Shown: positions 13,901 through 19,954 of the stretch, one piece after another | Numbering within the stretch: position 1 is the stretch's first letter | How the letters are laid out: the number at the start of each line of letters is the position of its first letter | Source: Yuukianura sp. NJ FZ-2021 | Taxonomy: Eukaryota | NCBI GenBank assembly: GCA_046563655.1 | Contig: CM102285.1 | Location: 6,076,001 to 6,140,000, forward strand | Direction of reading: 5' to 3' | DNA: 64,000 bases | Notes under the pieces: model-generated | What the model saw: the letters and a program-made list of their open reading frames with translations, nothing else | Database searches by the model: none | Told to the model about the DNA's origin: nothing | Made by a program: the position numbers and the translations under genes

Positions 13901-16900
13901 ATCATGCGCACAAATTTCCAAACTACAAGCTGATTTTAGTCGATGTTGTTTCTACCAACACAGATGCAGTTGAGGTAAAAAGCTTAGGGGTGGATCCCCT
14001 TCCAGAAAATTTGGCATACGCAATCTACACAAGCGGCACGAGTACTGGCAAACCAAAGGGGTGTTTGATAGAACACCGAAATTTGATTAACTACTTGGAA
14101 GACACTTCAAATAGACTGTTCGGCGGAGTCAGGGTCAGAGGTCAACGACCTCATGAAGTACTGCTGCAACTGGCAAGTACGACCTTTGACCCCTCAGTGG
14201 ATCAAATATTTCTGGCTTTATACAATGGTTATACTTCAGTCGTACCGCATGCAGATCTCTGGATGGACCGATCTGGCTTTGTGGCTTACTGTTCAAAAAA
14301 CGGTGTTACAAATATTTTTGGCACGCCATCTATGCTAAAACTTTTTAACTTACACGAAATTCCTAGTCTACGGTCAGTCAGAGTCGCTGGAGAAAAAATT
14401 AGTATTGAGGCGTACAACAAGGTCAAAGGTCACGGGTCATACGAAGTTGCCAACGTATGCGGCCCAACTGAAACTACTGTCGTGTCTACTTTTAAGCATA
14501 TGAAGTCATTTACATACTCCGTTGGTCATCCAATAAGCAACGTTTCCTTCTACGTCGTGGATTTTGGCGGGAAGCAATTTGTTCCAGTTGGGGCAATAGG
14601 AGAACTGTATATTGGTGGAGCGGGAGTTGGGCGCGGGTACTTGAATCAGCCAGTTTTAAATGACAAACTATTTAGAACCAATCCGTGGAATTCAGGAGAC
14701 AAAATTTATTGTTCGGGTGATCTCGTTCGGAGACTTCCAGGAGATGAAGTTGAATTTATAGGAAGGAGTGATGGACAAGTCAAAGTTCGCGGATTTCGTG
14801 TTGAATTGGGGGAAGTTGAGACAAGATTGCTTTCACATCCTGAAGTGACAGAGGGCGCTGTTGTTCGTAAGGAACACAATGGAACCAGTCACGTGACTGC
14901 CTACTATATTTCAGCAGTTGACCTCAGTGTTACTGATCTACGTGATTACATGGCACAGATACTTCCAGATTACATGGTTCCTAGTGCTTTTGTTCGTATG
15001 ACTCAGATTCCTCTAACAAACAACGGGAAACTGGACATAAAGGCTTTGCCTCTTCCACAGTCAACTTCAGACCAAGATTCTGATTTTCAAAAACCACAAT
15101 TTGAAATTGAGCGCCAAATCCTTGAAATTTGGGCAGCCGTTTTAGGAATTGAAAGTTCAACAATTAGTACAACCGACAATTTTTTTGCGCTAGGTGGCGA
15201 CTCCATCACTGCTTTACTGATTGCAGAGAAACTAAAATTGACTTTCGGTAGTCGATGCAACGTCACCGTAAAAGACGTAATCAATCTCAAAACTGTTAAA
15301 CTTTTGGCTAAAAATATTGTACAAATCTACGAAAATGTCGCACTGGCTTTACAAGAATCAGGCAAAGTGAACAATTCACACGAAAATTTAAAAAATGACT
15401 CAGTGCAGTGGATAGGAAAATCAAATAGCTTGCAAGAAGGTTTCGTATCTCAGTTTCTAAGTAGAGATGACGAGGATGATTCGTATGCTGTTCAGGTTTT
15501 GTGGAAGTATGAGCATGAAGTTGATGCTCAGGTGCTGAAACGTGCTTGGGAGATTGCTTATTCAAAGCTTCCCGGGCTGAGGGTAAGATTTGAATGGTCG
15601 TCCGAAGTGTTACAAGTTGTTGACAAGGCAGAATTTTCGTTACTGGACTGGCGAGAACATAACTGGGAAAACTTAAACCACGATGCGCAGATGCAAAGTT
15701 TGAACAAACTGCGCATGTCGGACAGGGCAGAGTATTTTGATTTAGCCAAAGGAAATCTTTTGCGCTTGTGCTTAATTAAATGCGGGCCACGTTGTTGGTG
15801 GTGTTTGTTGTCCAACCATCACGCCATTCTGGATGGCTGGTCAAGCTCAATTTTATTGACAACAGTTCATAACATTTATAGCAAAATGTTAGAATCTGGA
15901 GTTGGCAAAATTCAAACAAATTTTGAAATTTTGAAAACGGTGCCTCAAAATGAGGAATTTCAAAGCTGTGTCGAAGAAGATTTAGCATACTTTGAAGCCC
16001 AAGAACAAATTGAGAATAATAGCGTCAACCAGACTGAATTCTGGAAGAAAGTTTTGGGAGAAGTTAGCGAAGAGGCGGATTTCACAAGCTTGACTGCAAC
16101 ACATGCACAATCGCTGAATTTGAAATCTTTGAATTCAAACACCTTGGACTTAAGCACATTACTTCCACGCCTCACTCAACTTTCAAGTACATTTGGATTT
16201 ACTTTCAACACTGTCTTACAATTCGCCTGGCATCAAGTTTTGAGAGTTTTCCTGCGCATGAGCAAAACCGTTGTGGGCACAACGGTATCTGGTAGGAGCG
16301 TGGCTACTCCGGGAGTCTCGCGTTCCGTAGGGCTGTTCATCAACACATTGCCATTAGTAGTTGATCATCATGTTTTGGATAGAATGTGTTTAGTGGATGC
16401 TCTTGAACTTGTCCAGTCAGCTATTCTGGAAATAAGTTCAAAAAGTGGCGGGAAACTTCGTAGTTTGCATAGACAGGGACATTCAGGACGTCCGTTTGAA
16501 AGCCTTTTCGTTTTTGAAAATTTTCCGGAACACGACAACTTAAATTGGGAGACTCGTTTTGGAGTCAAGGAAATTCAAGTTTTTGAAAAATTGGATTTCC
16601 CACTTGTTGTTACTGTTCGAGTTACTGGAAAACAGGAGTTGCAAGTGACGATTCTCAGTTCAAATTCATTTCAACCGTCTAGCGTACGTTCACTCATTCA
16701 AACTTTTGAATTTGTACTTACTTCTGTTCTAGACACTTTGTACTGTAATCCGCAAGCTCTTTGCACTGAAATCTCATACTGCCATAAGTTGAACTTGAGA
16801 ATTCTTGACAATTTCGATAAAAATCCCAGGGATGGTGGTGACAACAATTCTTTAATTGCTGAACAATCTCCCACGTTAATTGATTTGTTTCACATCGCAG

Positions 16901-19557
16901 TGGTAAATCACCCAGAGGCAGTGGCGTTAATTACTGAAGCGGGAAGTTTCACCTACAGTGAGCTTGATATAATGTCGGATGCATTGGCTAGTGAAATTTT
17001 AAAAATTGGCGGGAATTTTGTGGGTCCTGATAAACTAATTGCTCTGTATCTTGAAAAAAGTGAATGGACTGTCATTGGAATTCTAGGAGTCATGAAGACT
17101 GGAAGTGCATATGTGCCCATAGATCCAGAATATCCTGAGCAACATGTACTTCAAATCCTAGAAGATTGTCGCGCGCCAATTTTGATCACAAATAATGTAA
17201 ATTCGATCCTTTCAAAGTTGGCACTTGACTTGATTCAAATTTTTATTGAAACTGCTGGTGCAGAAAAGGCCGAAAAGGGCAACAATTTGGAATCGGAATG
17301 TATTTGCAAACAAAACAAAATTTTTGAAACCGTCTGCGAGGGAAAAAACAAAACTTTGGAAATGGTTATGGCGGAAGAACATAAAATTTCTGGATCCAGT
17401 TTTGTCAGAAACGATGAAAATTTGAAACCGCATTTTGCGGAAAGGAACGAAGTTTTGAAATCAAAATCTGCCACAACTGGAAAAAATTTGGCTTATGTAA
17501 TATACACTAGTGGAACAAGTGGAGAGGGACCTAAAGGATGCTTAATTGAGCAGCACAGTGTTATAAACCTAGTTGAATCTCTGAGTTCAAAATATTATGG
17601 TGGGAAAATACAAAATTGCATGGAGAAGTCCATGGCCGCAGAGGTCATTCTGCAACTGTCAAACTATGTCTATGACCTTTCTGTTCTCCAAATGTGGTTG
17701 GCCCTGTTAAATGGTCACACTATTCTATTGCCATCGCATAAACTGGTTCAAAATGTAGATGACTTGACAGACTTCATGACTCAACATGGTGTTACACATG
17801 TCTCTGGAACGCCATCTTTCCTCAAATTGATTCCATGGCATAAAGTTCCTACACTTAAACGTCTGGTTCTTGGCGGAGAAATGCTCTCATGTGAAGCTTG
17901 GACAGAAATTTCAAAAACGCGGGAATCAAACGTTTTCGAGATTATAAATGAGTACGGGCCGACCGAAACTACAGTAACATCTTCATATTTTCAAATGAAT
18001 GAATACTCTAAATGCATTGGAAGTCCAATTGCACATACTGAATTTTATGTCATGGATGAGAGTTTTAGGATACTGCCAGAAGGCGTTGTAGGAGAATTGA
18101 TGATTGGCGGGAGAGGACTTGCCCGCGGGTATTTAAATCGGCCGGAACTCACTGCCAAAAAATTCGCTTATGTCAATGGTCAACGCTTTTACCGCACAGG
18201 CGATTTGGGTAGACGTGTGGAAGGCTCCAATTTTGAAATTATTGGTAGAAATGACAGCCAGGTTAAAATCAGAGGTCACCGCATTGAATTGGAAGAAATT
18301 GAGCATGCGCTAAGAGGATTTAAAGATGTTACAGACGCTGTTGCTGTTGTAAAAGAAGAAAAGTTAATTGGGTATTATGTTTCAACAAAAGAAATTTCCA
18401 GTGCCCAATTTCGAAATGATTTGCTGAAAAAATTGCCAACAGTTTGCGTTCCTACTGCTTTTGTTCGAATCGACAAAGTACCACTTGCGATTACTGGAAA
18501 AATTGATATTCGCGCTTTGCCGATTCCAGAATTTCATGGCGCCGAAATTCAAATTATGCCAAAATCAAATGAAGAGAAAGCAATTGCACAAATTTGGGCA
18601 GACATTTTGAAAATTCCTGAAGCTCAAATTGGAATTGACCAAGATTTTATTGAATTGGGGGGAGATTCTTTGCTTTTTATGCAAATGATTCAAAAAGTTA
18701 AACACGCCACTGGGCTGAACGTCAAAGTCAATGAAGTTTACAGAGAGAAGACAATCCGAAAATTGGTACTTGGCGCTGAAAAACCTTTGTCTTCTGACTC
18801 TGCTGCGCTTATGCAAGAGAATGTTAGCCTTAAGATGGAAGATTATCCCGAATTTGAATCTTTTGAAGAAATTGAAGGTGTGGGTGACCGAATTTTTCTT
18901 TTCCCACCAGGGTTGGGCGGCGCCGATTCGTACAAGGGGAGCATAGTGCCGTTGCTTCATCCTCACAAACTAGTTCTATTCAACAATTTTTATGAGTTTT
19001 TAAAACAGCGTACTGGAATGCGCATTCCGTATGAAACTGCAGCGAGGGAATACTTGATTCAAATTAAAAAGTTGCAACCAGTCGGTCCTTACCATTTTGT
19101 AGGTTGGAGTTGGGGTGGAGTGATAGCTTTTGAAATTGCGCGCCAACTGACGACAGAGGGCGCTGTAGTTGGAAACGTTTTCATCATTGATTCGTTTTTT
19201 CGGTTGAAAACGGCCCTCTGTCCGGCAGATGCTGAGCGATTGAAAAACGAAAACGATGTTAACTACCACCACGATCCGCCAGAAACTCCGGGGCTGAGGT
19301 CAGTGAACTTTGTTTTGTTCAAGGCCACACAAGTTATACCTAATGGGTTAAACTTAGATGAAGAAGACAACGCTCTAGATAACAGAATTTACACTTATTA
19401 TGTTAACAATACAATACATAATAGCTTGGATTGTGTACTACCGCCACAAACTCCACTTGAAGTGGTGCCAATTGAAACCAATCATTTTCAGTGGTATGAA
19501 AACAAAAAAGTTGTACAAAAAATTGGCAATACAATATTCAACAAAATGGATTGTTAA
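1981..19557 (+). CDS. Five-module nonribosomal peptide synthetase, ACV-synthetase-related (C*-A-T-C-A-T-E-C-A-T-C-A-T-C-A-T-TE), ~5860 aa, single coding exon
   Basis: One open frame; first in-frame ATG at 1981. Five A domains (TSG..PKG at ~3136, 6301, 10879, 14029, 17506, with GPTE, GEL.IGG.G and (T/S)GD motifs). Five T domains (LGGDS at ~4294, 7438, 12013, 15190, 18655). Four C domains (HHAIIDG ~4912, HHAILDG ~9430, HHAVSDG 12601, HHAILDG ~15817). One E domain (PIQDWF, HHLVIDSVSW, EAHGRE, RTVGWFT, PNKGIGYG; ~7620-8950). TE with GWSWG at ~19102. Confidence 0.96.
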   Translation: MEEEATGLQQPDLSYLLAKSNLVQPPISSKKVQLNFQGLNAAFEPEVEKLGLSIKVVATIVFHRLLRIYGGTEETVVLDADAMRVFTFLRHDEVGGLSVLEALKHLKVKNISLKHEKTENGFVTLENDSFLTKNVSNKAKIVTMSTQKNCSNASELLHFEAVEFPMWSFAATSCVISVEMLDEMMTAFETMLNHVILHPTDMLRNLPYLNTVLLAILKDEWNSTRVKFSSEDNTLLELFKEMVAKYPNRVAVVREEVKLTYAQLDIESDKLAHRLSQLPSEVIDLEKVIALYLDKSELMFVAILATFKIGCAYVPLDPTYPAARVESILSDTQAKCVLLNRRYKKFTPFSNLVKIEIESVLTTNVAADAVRRLNLTPKSLAYIIFTSGTSEGRPKGVMTEHRNVTNYVSDMSLKYFGHDPKNSGEVILQLSNYVFDVAVDQMWLGLANGLTCLIPPQNMWHDPEIFYAYLQKHGVTHVSGTPSFLKQFHWDRIPSLRRLIFGGEKLNLECYKRVRGAGRYELISMFGPTECTVIAAHYPMKEFSTCVGGAMANTAFYILDDGMNPVPVGTVGELYIGGHGVCRGYLNRPELTANAFVQNPFGGEFERLYRTGDLVRRNSDGSVSFIGRKDGQVKIRGNRVEITEVEHVLLNFPQIDDGVVIAREKEKDGGLVLLGYYVSVVSLDEKSIISFMKQKLPDFMVPFRVMRINSIPLTITGKLDARKLPNPCEEEPAILKFSISELTENEVKVYNIWREAIGPSSGFTIDSNFFELGGDSLTALQIVAKLREKCGFSATVSQIFEFPTIRRLCLQLDKIESVTDHKIDKVTSLTGLNNGKVDLALNKVKVKGQAESVFFANSLQQGFIYNYLRSPRDGAYIVQNLWQYHEEIDVSKFQKIWLTLVWKYPSLRLHFDWEDQLIQIIDDEAKLDFRYLPNLYEPIETLLKADRKEGFDLKRAPLFRIYLIREGPELFSCIFSNHHAIIDGISTGLLLAELSDLYSGKSLDSAEIDDAYCLTQKFIQDSDLSKSGLEWWKSRLGQVETRNSLVGILHKNKRHLSLFSVTAVESPQKASFRLEDETISKLRKFSVQNGFTLQSIFQFAWHKILSVYGTSKDTVTGLVVNGRSAPVPGIHKSVGPYINTLPLYVHHSTNDAVAMIRKVQQLIHEVASREYVNLTALSSGEERLFDNVFVYENYAGLPRGTAVFENIDYPLDLLIKETKSDILVQLTFDEGLFEFQKIQQLLETFKHVILEIPKGALTLVAETEEEEICEKLRGPVVEFDQNLKLHQLFEVRVSQTPDKVALLTETKKWTFAELNSLGNAIRREIEIQNPTNPVIPAFFDEPALLPAAILGIFKSGGGYCPLDSNLPPERITFILRDIAAHGQNSKMVILTLSHLRPKLDQILHKNRNWHIGVIDIDLISDPVGVAGAPFLSGDITSVIFTSGTTGVPKGVVLKHGGLINYCLEQIRTNFTSEGDVVLSLLGWAFDGFWCSLAPGIFGNCASAVLSPNAILDAESVVEFVINKRVTHVVGNPLHLCQLNLHRVRSLKTILSAGSAMTCADASKLLSLNVRLVNGFGPTETSVISTSGDIAASDDIHIGQPLANTELYILDEDLNTVPSGAVGELYIGGNGVCAGYLNRPEETKTRFISNPFGLGLIHKSGDLVSLRSDGHLDYHGRRDFQVKVRGYRINPAEIEATVATFSDVTFAVVSVFNETLFGFVVSNAEVLDIEQLFKFLEERLPEYMIPSRFIQMQSIPLNSNGKVDYKRLQEISLDQVVRSSEKIRPSNILEEQISTLWAEILRISDNSEKPGIGITENFFRLGGDSISAIQIVSRLRQRLGITIRVADVFKTKTIQTLAKLINSQMETQIPITTPISESGMLIGQVPLLPIQDWFFAKFKKGGMNHFNQAFLLRVPPLDVSRLQKCVSVMHDFHDSLRLRFVLENNTVIQSYAAETVPPKVRHFSHEEIQTNSEILTEVQSSFDLTIGPVWSINYIDGYEDGSARLQFAFHHLVIDSVSWRILVDDLFRLYYATNFEGAIFQTKGTSYRQWVNALRKLYDSSAMNHEKMYWNNISSAYRNTEVSSSIQTILPLGSPTLSVCRFTLDKGTTTALLQVAPKSFNTNVVELILTSLAYVLANTTGNNKNFVTLEAHGREDALIDGVDLSRTVGWFTTMFPFGLSTEKTIGETIMHIKDAFRAIPNKGIGYGILIGYADPPLPPITVNFLGNFDQEGKWTFTNEFAGETCLPKQKDISDALTHNKVEHLSTQSDIQLPSHMSIDISIVQGVLEAELSGNLEQSYLESFGGNLSREIQYVVEYCTNLSRSYLTSSDIGCKISKTVLDKIQKEREIESVFKMSSLQEGFIYYQLSHQQPPYAYHVQHTWNYECDLHPEVMHQAWQEVQFCFPALRLRFCWEAEFVQIVDKSQPLNFSFRDLTSLTLEKRQTEIGAVLQADNIQPFDLATGSLFRVYIVKQGPMTFTTVFTHHHAILDGWSLNVLYTRLHTIYLELLKGQRSQSRQTVDHAYMSAHSYLQEHYSDNLDWWKAYLSRIQEKCDMSGLMRKNRTQEGQRSETINLNLPNEVLRNLKFAASSSGVTLSVVFLYAWHKSLSVFGSCSQSIVGTTVSGRNLPVDGIDTSVGCYINTLPSIFEHTKGNIKQALKTLQEDILELNGKSNVLLSDLVKIADLSENERLFQNIFVYENYPKITDSAQELCISNRTTYERQEFPLAVLVEEDGDSFTCSVTYETTLYDTNQLVKLVNTFENVLRAIAENPKADVTALRYVNDTDHTLLTDWSKKEVPFPEHLLVQDLLQTWVEATPQAVAVTTELASHSFESLWHRIKCVANHLRSVIHFEGTKDVFVPFFISEPHLLAETIFGILKAGGAYVPLDPTLPKSRMANILNQIKPQVVLTVSPLRSILESLSQDLTFKLKVIDLDIDVDWEQGSCSEITGNSNEIQRCSSDAVYMVFTSGSTGTPKGVIVEHKSLVNVVLEMSRFMSSGTEVVLPLFGWGFDAIWSALGVGLLSGGATVLANPSTVLDAERLIPFCTTNSVTQIHGNPLLVQQLPLENVPSLKTVCVAGQDISTAFVAHFRQKYHNATLINGYGPTETTVGCTLEKIEDESVSIGKCIGNITAHVLDPFGIPVPIGVKGELYIGGVGVARGYFHNEEKTNESFLKNPFGHGKIYKTGDIVYWTEIGKLVYVGRRDFQIKVRGYRVDFSEIEAAVESYEGIQKSVILASKNENGQQKLICYAVPNSPQWPSTAQVFAHLEKILPEYMIPAGIHFLSKLPLNSNGKLDTGKLPTIEEITQVKRKAPRTPLESLICEAWASVFGVDAETIGIDDNFFRLGGDSVSSIQVVGKLRSQLGASFPVTVRDILNYKTIESLVANIDYTTIKNFEIEQKISEKIENFENGRWICEANSLQEGLVYHFKTRGRHADAYVVQKVIHYGEVIDLPKIKTAWTMVHAQYPGLRVKFSWKNRVEQIIEEVIEPLDWREVTAFTASEFDQIVARDRSEGFDLEAGNLLRVTFVQLSAMFQCLLTVHHAVSDGWSTNLLLGNVHATYYALVNGSSLLPMAVDMSYMVAQRHLAAVQNESHAFWDSLNSSVESRPDWSSLLQSTYDLAPQLIDESISNSFKVRTESIKVSTELVNEVRRITSEIGVTPNALFQLAWHRTLRVFGHTEQTVVGTTVSGRDIPVDGIQSSVGLFVNTLPLVLDHVELDNLTGVEALKLVQERTIELNAKSSLKLSKLKSLQFDSIYAFENYPTWSQNEKFDQILKVSYSEGISYEDYPLLLTVTLKGQECSLELQSSSKFLASATERLLTTMYNVVQNILKGVYNRVDSYAYLNQSEIKEIVDKNTLKLPVYTHTVLNNFRVNVAECPETIAVIYNDVSISYKELDRMSNLICRDLVRNYSQFVGRDQLVPIFLDKSQWTQIGILGIMKTGSAYVPIDPIFPPQRIENILNDVSAHVIVTSSDHAHKFPNYKLILVDVVSTNTDAVEVKSLGVDPLPENLAYAIYTSGTSTGKPKGCLIEHRNLINYLEDTSNRLFGGVRVRGQRPHEVLLQLASTTFDPSVDQIFLALYNGYTSVVPHADLWMDRSGFVAYCSKNGVTNIFGTPSMLKLFNLHEIPSLRSVRVAGEKISIEAYNKVKGHGSYEVANVCGPTETTVVSTFKHMKSFTYSVGHPISNVSFYVVDFGGKQFVPVGAIGELYIGGAGVGRGYLNQPVLNDKLFRTNPWNSGDKIYCSGDLVRRLPGDEVEFIGRSDGQVKVRGFRVELGEVETRLLSHPEVTEGAVVRKEHNGTSHVTAYYISAVDLSVTDLRDYMAQILPDYMVPSAFVRMTQIPLTNNGKLDIKALPLPQSTSDQDSDFQKPQFEIERQILEIWAAVLGIESSTISTTDNFFALGGDSITALLIAEKLKLTFGSRCNVTVKDVINLKTVKLLAKNIVQIYENVALALQESGKVNNSHENLKNDSVQWIGKSNSLQEGFVSQFLSRDDEDDSYAVQVLWKYEHEVDAQVLKRAWEIAYSKLPGLRVRFEWSSEVLQVVDKAEFSLLDWREHNWENLNHDAQMQSLNKLRMSDRAEYFDLAKGNLLRLCLIKCGPRCWWCLLSNHHAILDGWSSSILLTTVHNIYSKMLESGVGKIQTNFEILKTVPQNEEFQSCVEEDLAYFEAQEQIENNSVNQTEFWKKVLGEVSEEADFTSLTATHAQSLNLKSLNSNTLDLSTLLPRLTQLSSTFGFTFNTVLQFAWHQVLRVFLRMSKTVVGTTVSGRSVATPGVSRSVGLFINTLPLVVDHHVLDRMCLVDALELVQSAILEISSKSGGKLRSLHRQGHSGRPFESLFVFENFPEHDNLNWETRFGVKEIQVFEKLDFPLVVTVRVTGKQELQVTILSSNSFQPSSVRSLIQTFEFVLTSVLDTLYCNPQALCTEISYCHKLNLRILDNFDKNPRDGGDNNSLIAEQSPTLIDLFHIAVVNHPEAVALITEAGSFTYSELDIMSDALASEILKIGGNFVGPDKLIALYLEKSEWTVIGILGVMKTGSAYVPIDPEYPEQHVLQILEDCRAPILITNNVNSILSKLALDLIQIFIETAGAEKAEKGNNLESECICKQNKIFETVCEGKNKTLEMVMAEEHKISGSSFVRNDENLKPHFAERNEVLKSKSATTGKNLAYVIYTSGTSGEGPKGCLIEQHSVINLVESLSSKYYGGKIQNCMEKSMAAEVILQLSNYVYDLSVLQMWLALLNGHTILLPSHKLVQNVDDLTDFMTQHGVTHVSGTPSFLKLIPWHKVPTLKRLVLGGEMLSCEAWTEISKTRESNVFEIINEYGPTETTVTSSYFQMNEYSKCIGSPIAHTEFYVMDESFRILPEGVVGELMIGGRGLARGYLNRPELTAKKFAYVNGQRFYRTGDLGRRVEGSNFEIIGRNDSQVKIRGHRIELEEIEHALRGFKDVTDAVAVVKEEKLIGYYVSTKEISSAQFRNDLLKKLPTVCVPTAFVRIDKVPLAITGKIDIRALPIPEFHGAEIQIMPKSNEEKAIAQIWADILKIPEAQIGIDQDFIELGGDSLLFMQMIQKVKHATGLNVKVNEVYREKTIRKLVLGAEKPLSSDSAALMQENVSLKMEDYPEFESFEEIEGVGDRIFLFPPGLGGADSYKGSIVPLLHPHKLVLFNNFYEFLKQRTGMRIPYETAAREYLIQIKKLQPVGPYHFVGWSWGGVIAFEIARQLTTEGAVVGNVFIIDSFFRLKTALCPADAERLKNENDVNYHHDPPETPGLRSVNFVLFKATQVIPNGLNLDEEDNALDNRIYTYYVNNTIHNSLDCVLPPQTPLEVVPIETNHFQWYENKKVVQKIGNTIFNKMDC

Positions 19558-19954
19558 AATTAACCAAGAATTTTCAGTAGACGGTAGAACAAAATTTAAC
19601 AGAGGGCCAATGTACTTACAGGTTTATAGTTTCCTTAAAAGATGTGCGAGATAGTAATATATAATATAATAATCTATAAATACATAATGTATAATTTTGA
19701 TCAATTTTAGTTTGTTTTCACCAGTAAATCTGTTTGTATGATTAGCATATTTTTAAGGCATACAGAATTTCTAAAACAGTGGAAATATACTATTTAAATG
19801 TATAAACATTGGGCGTCGATTACTCCTTATTCTGGCTTAAATCTTTATAATCATTTCTATGAGTGGAATGGGAACTTATTTCTACTTGAAAGGTCATAAG
19901 GATTCGGTCGATTCATTTTTTTTAGTTTTCGGGTTTTTTTGGGATGTTTTTTTG

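Noticed and set aside
2184..19272. Numerous short antisense or alternate-frame ORFs within the NRPS (also within the S8, ZNF and IR genes)
   Set aside because: These are shadow ORFs of long coding sequences with no recognisable motifs.
1981..19557. Calling the NRPS pcbAB/acvA (true ACV synthetase of a beta-lactam cluster)
   Set aside because: It has five modules rather than three, E after module 2 rather than before TE, non-matching pocket residues, and no IPNS in the window.
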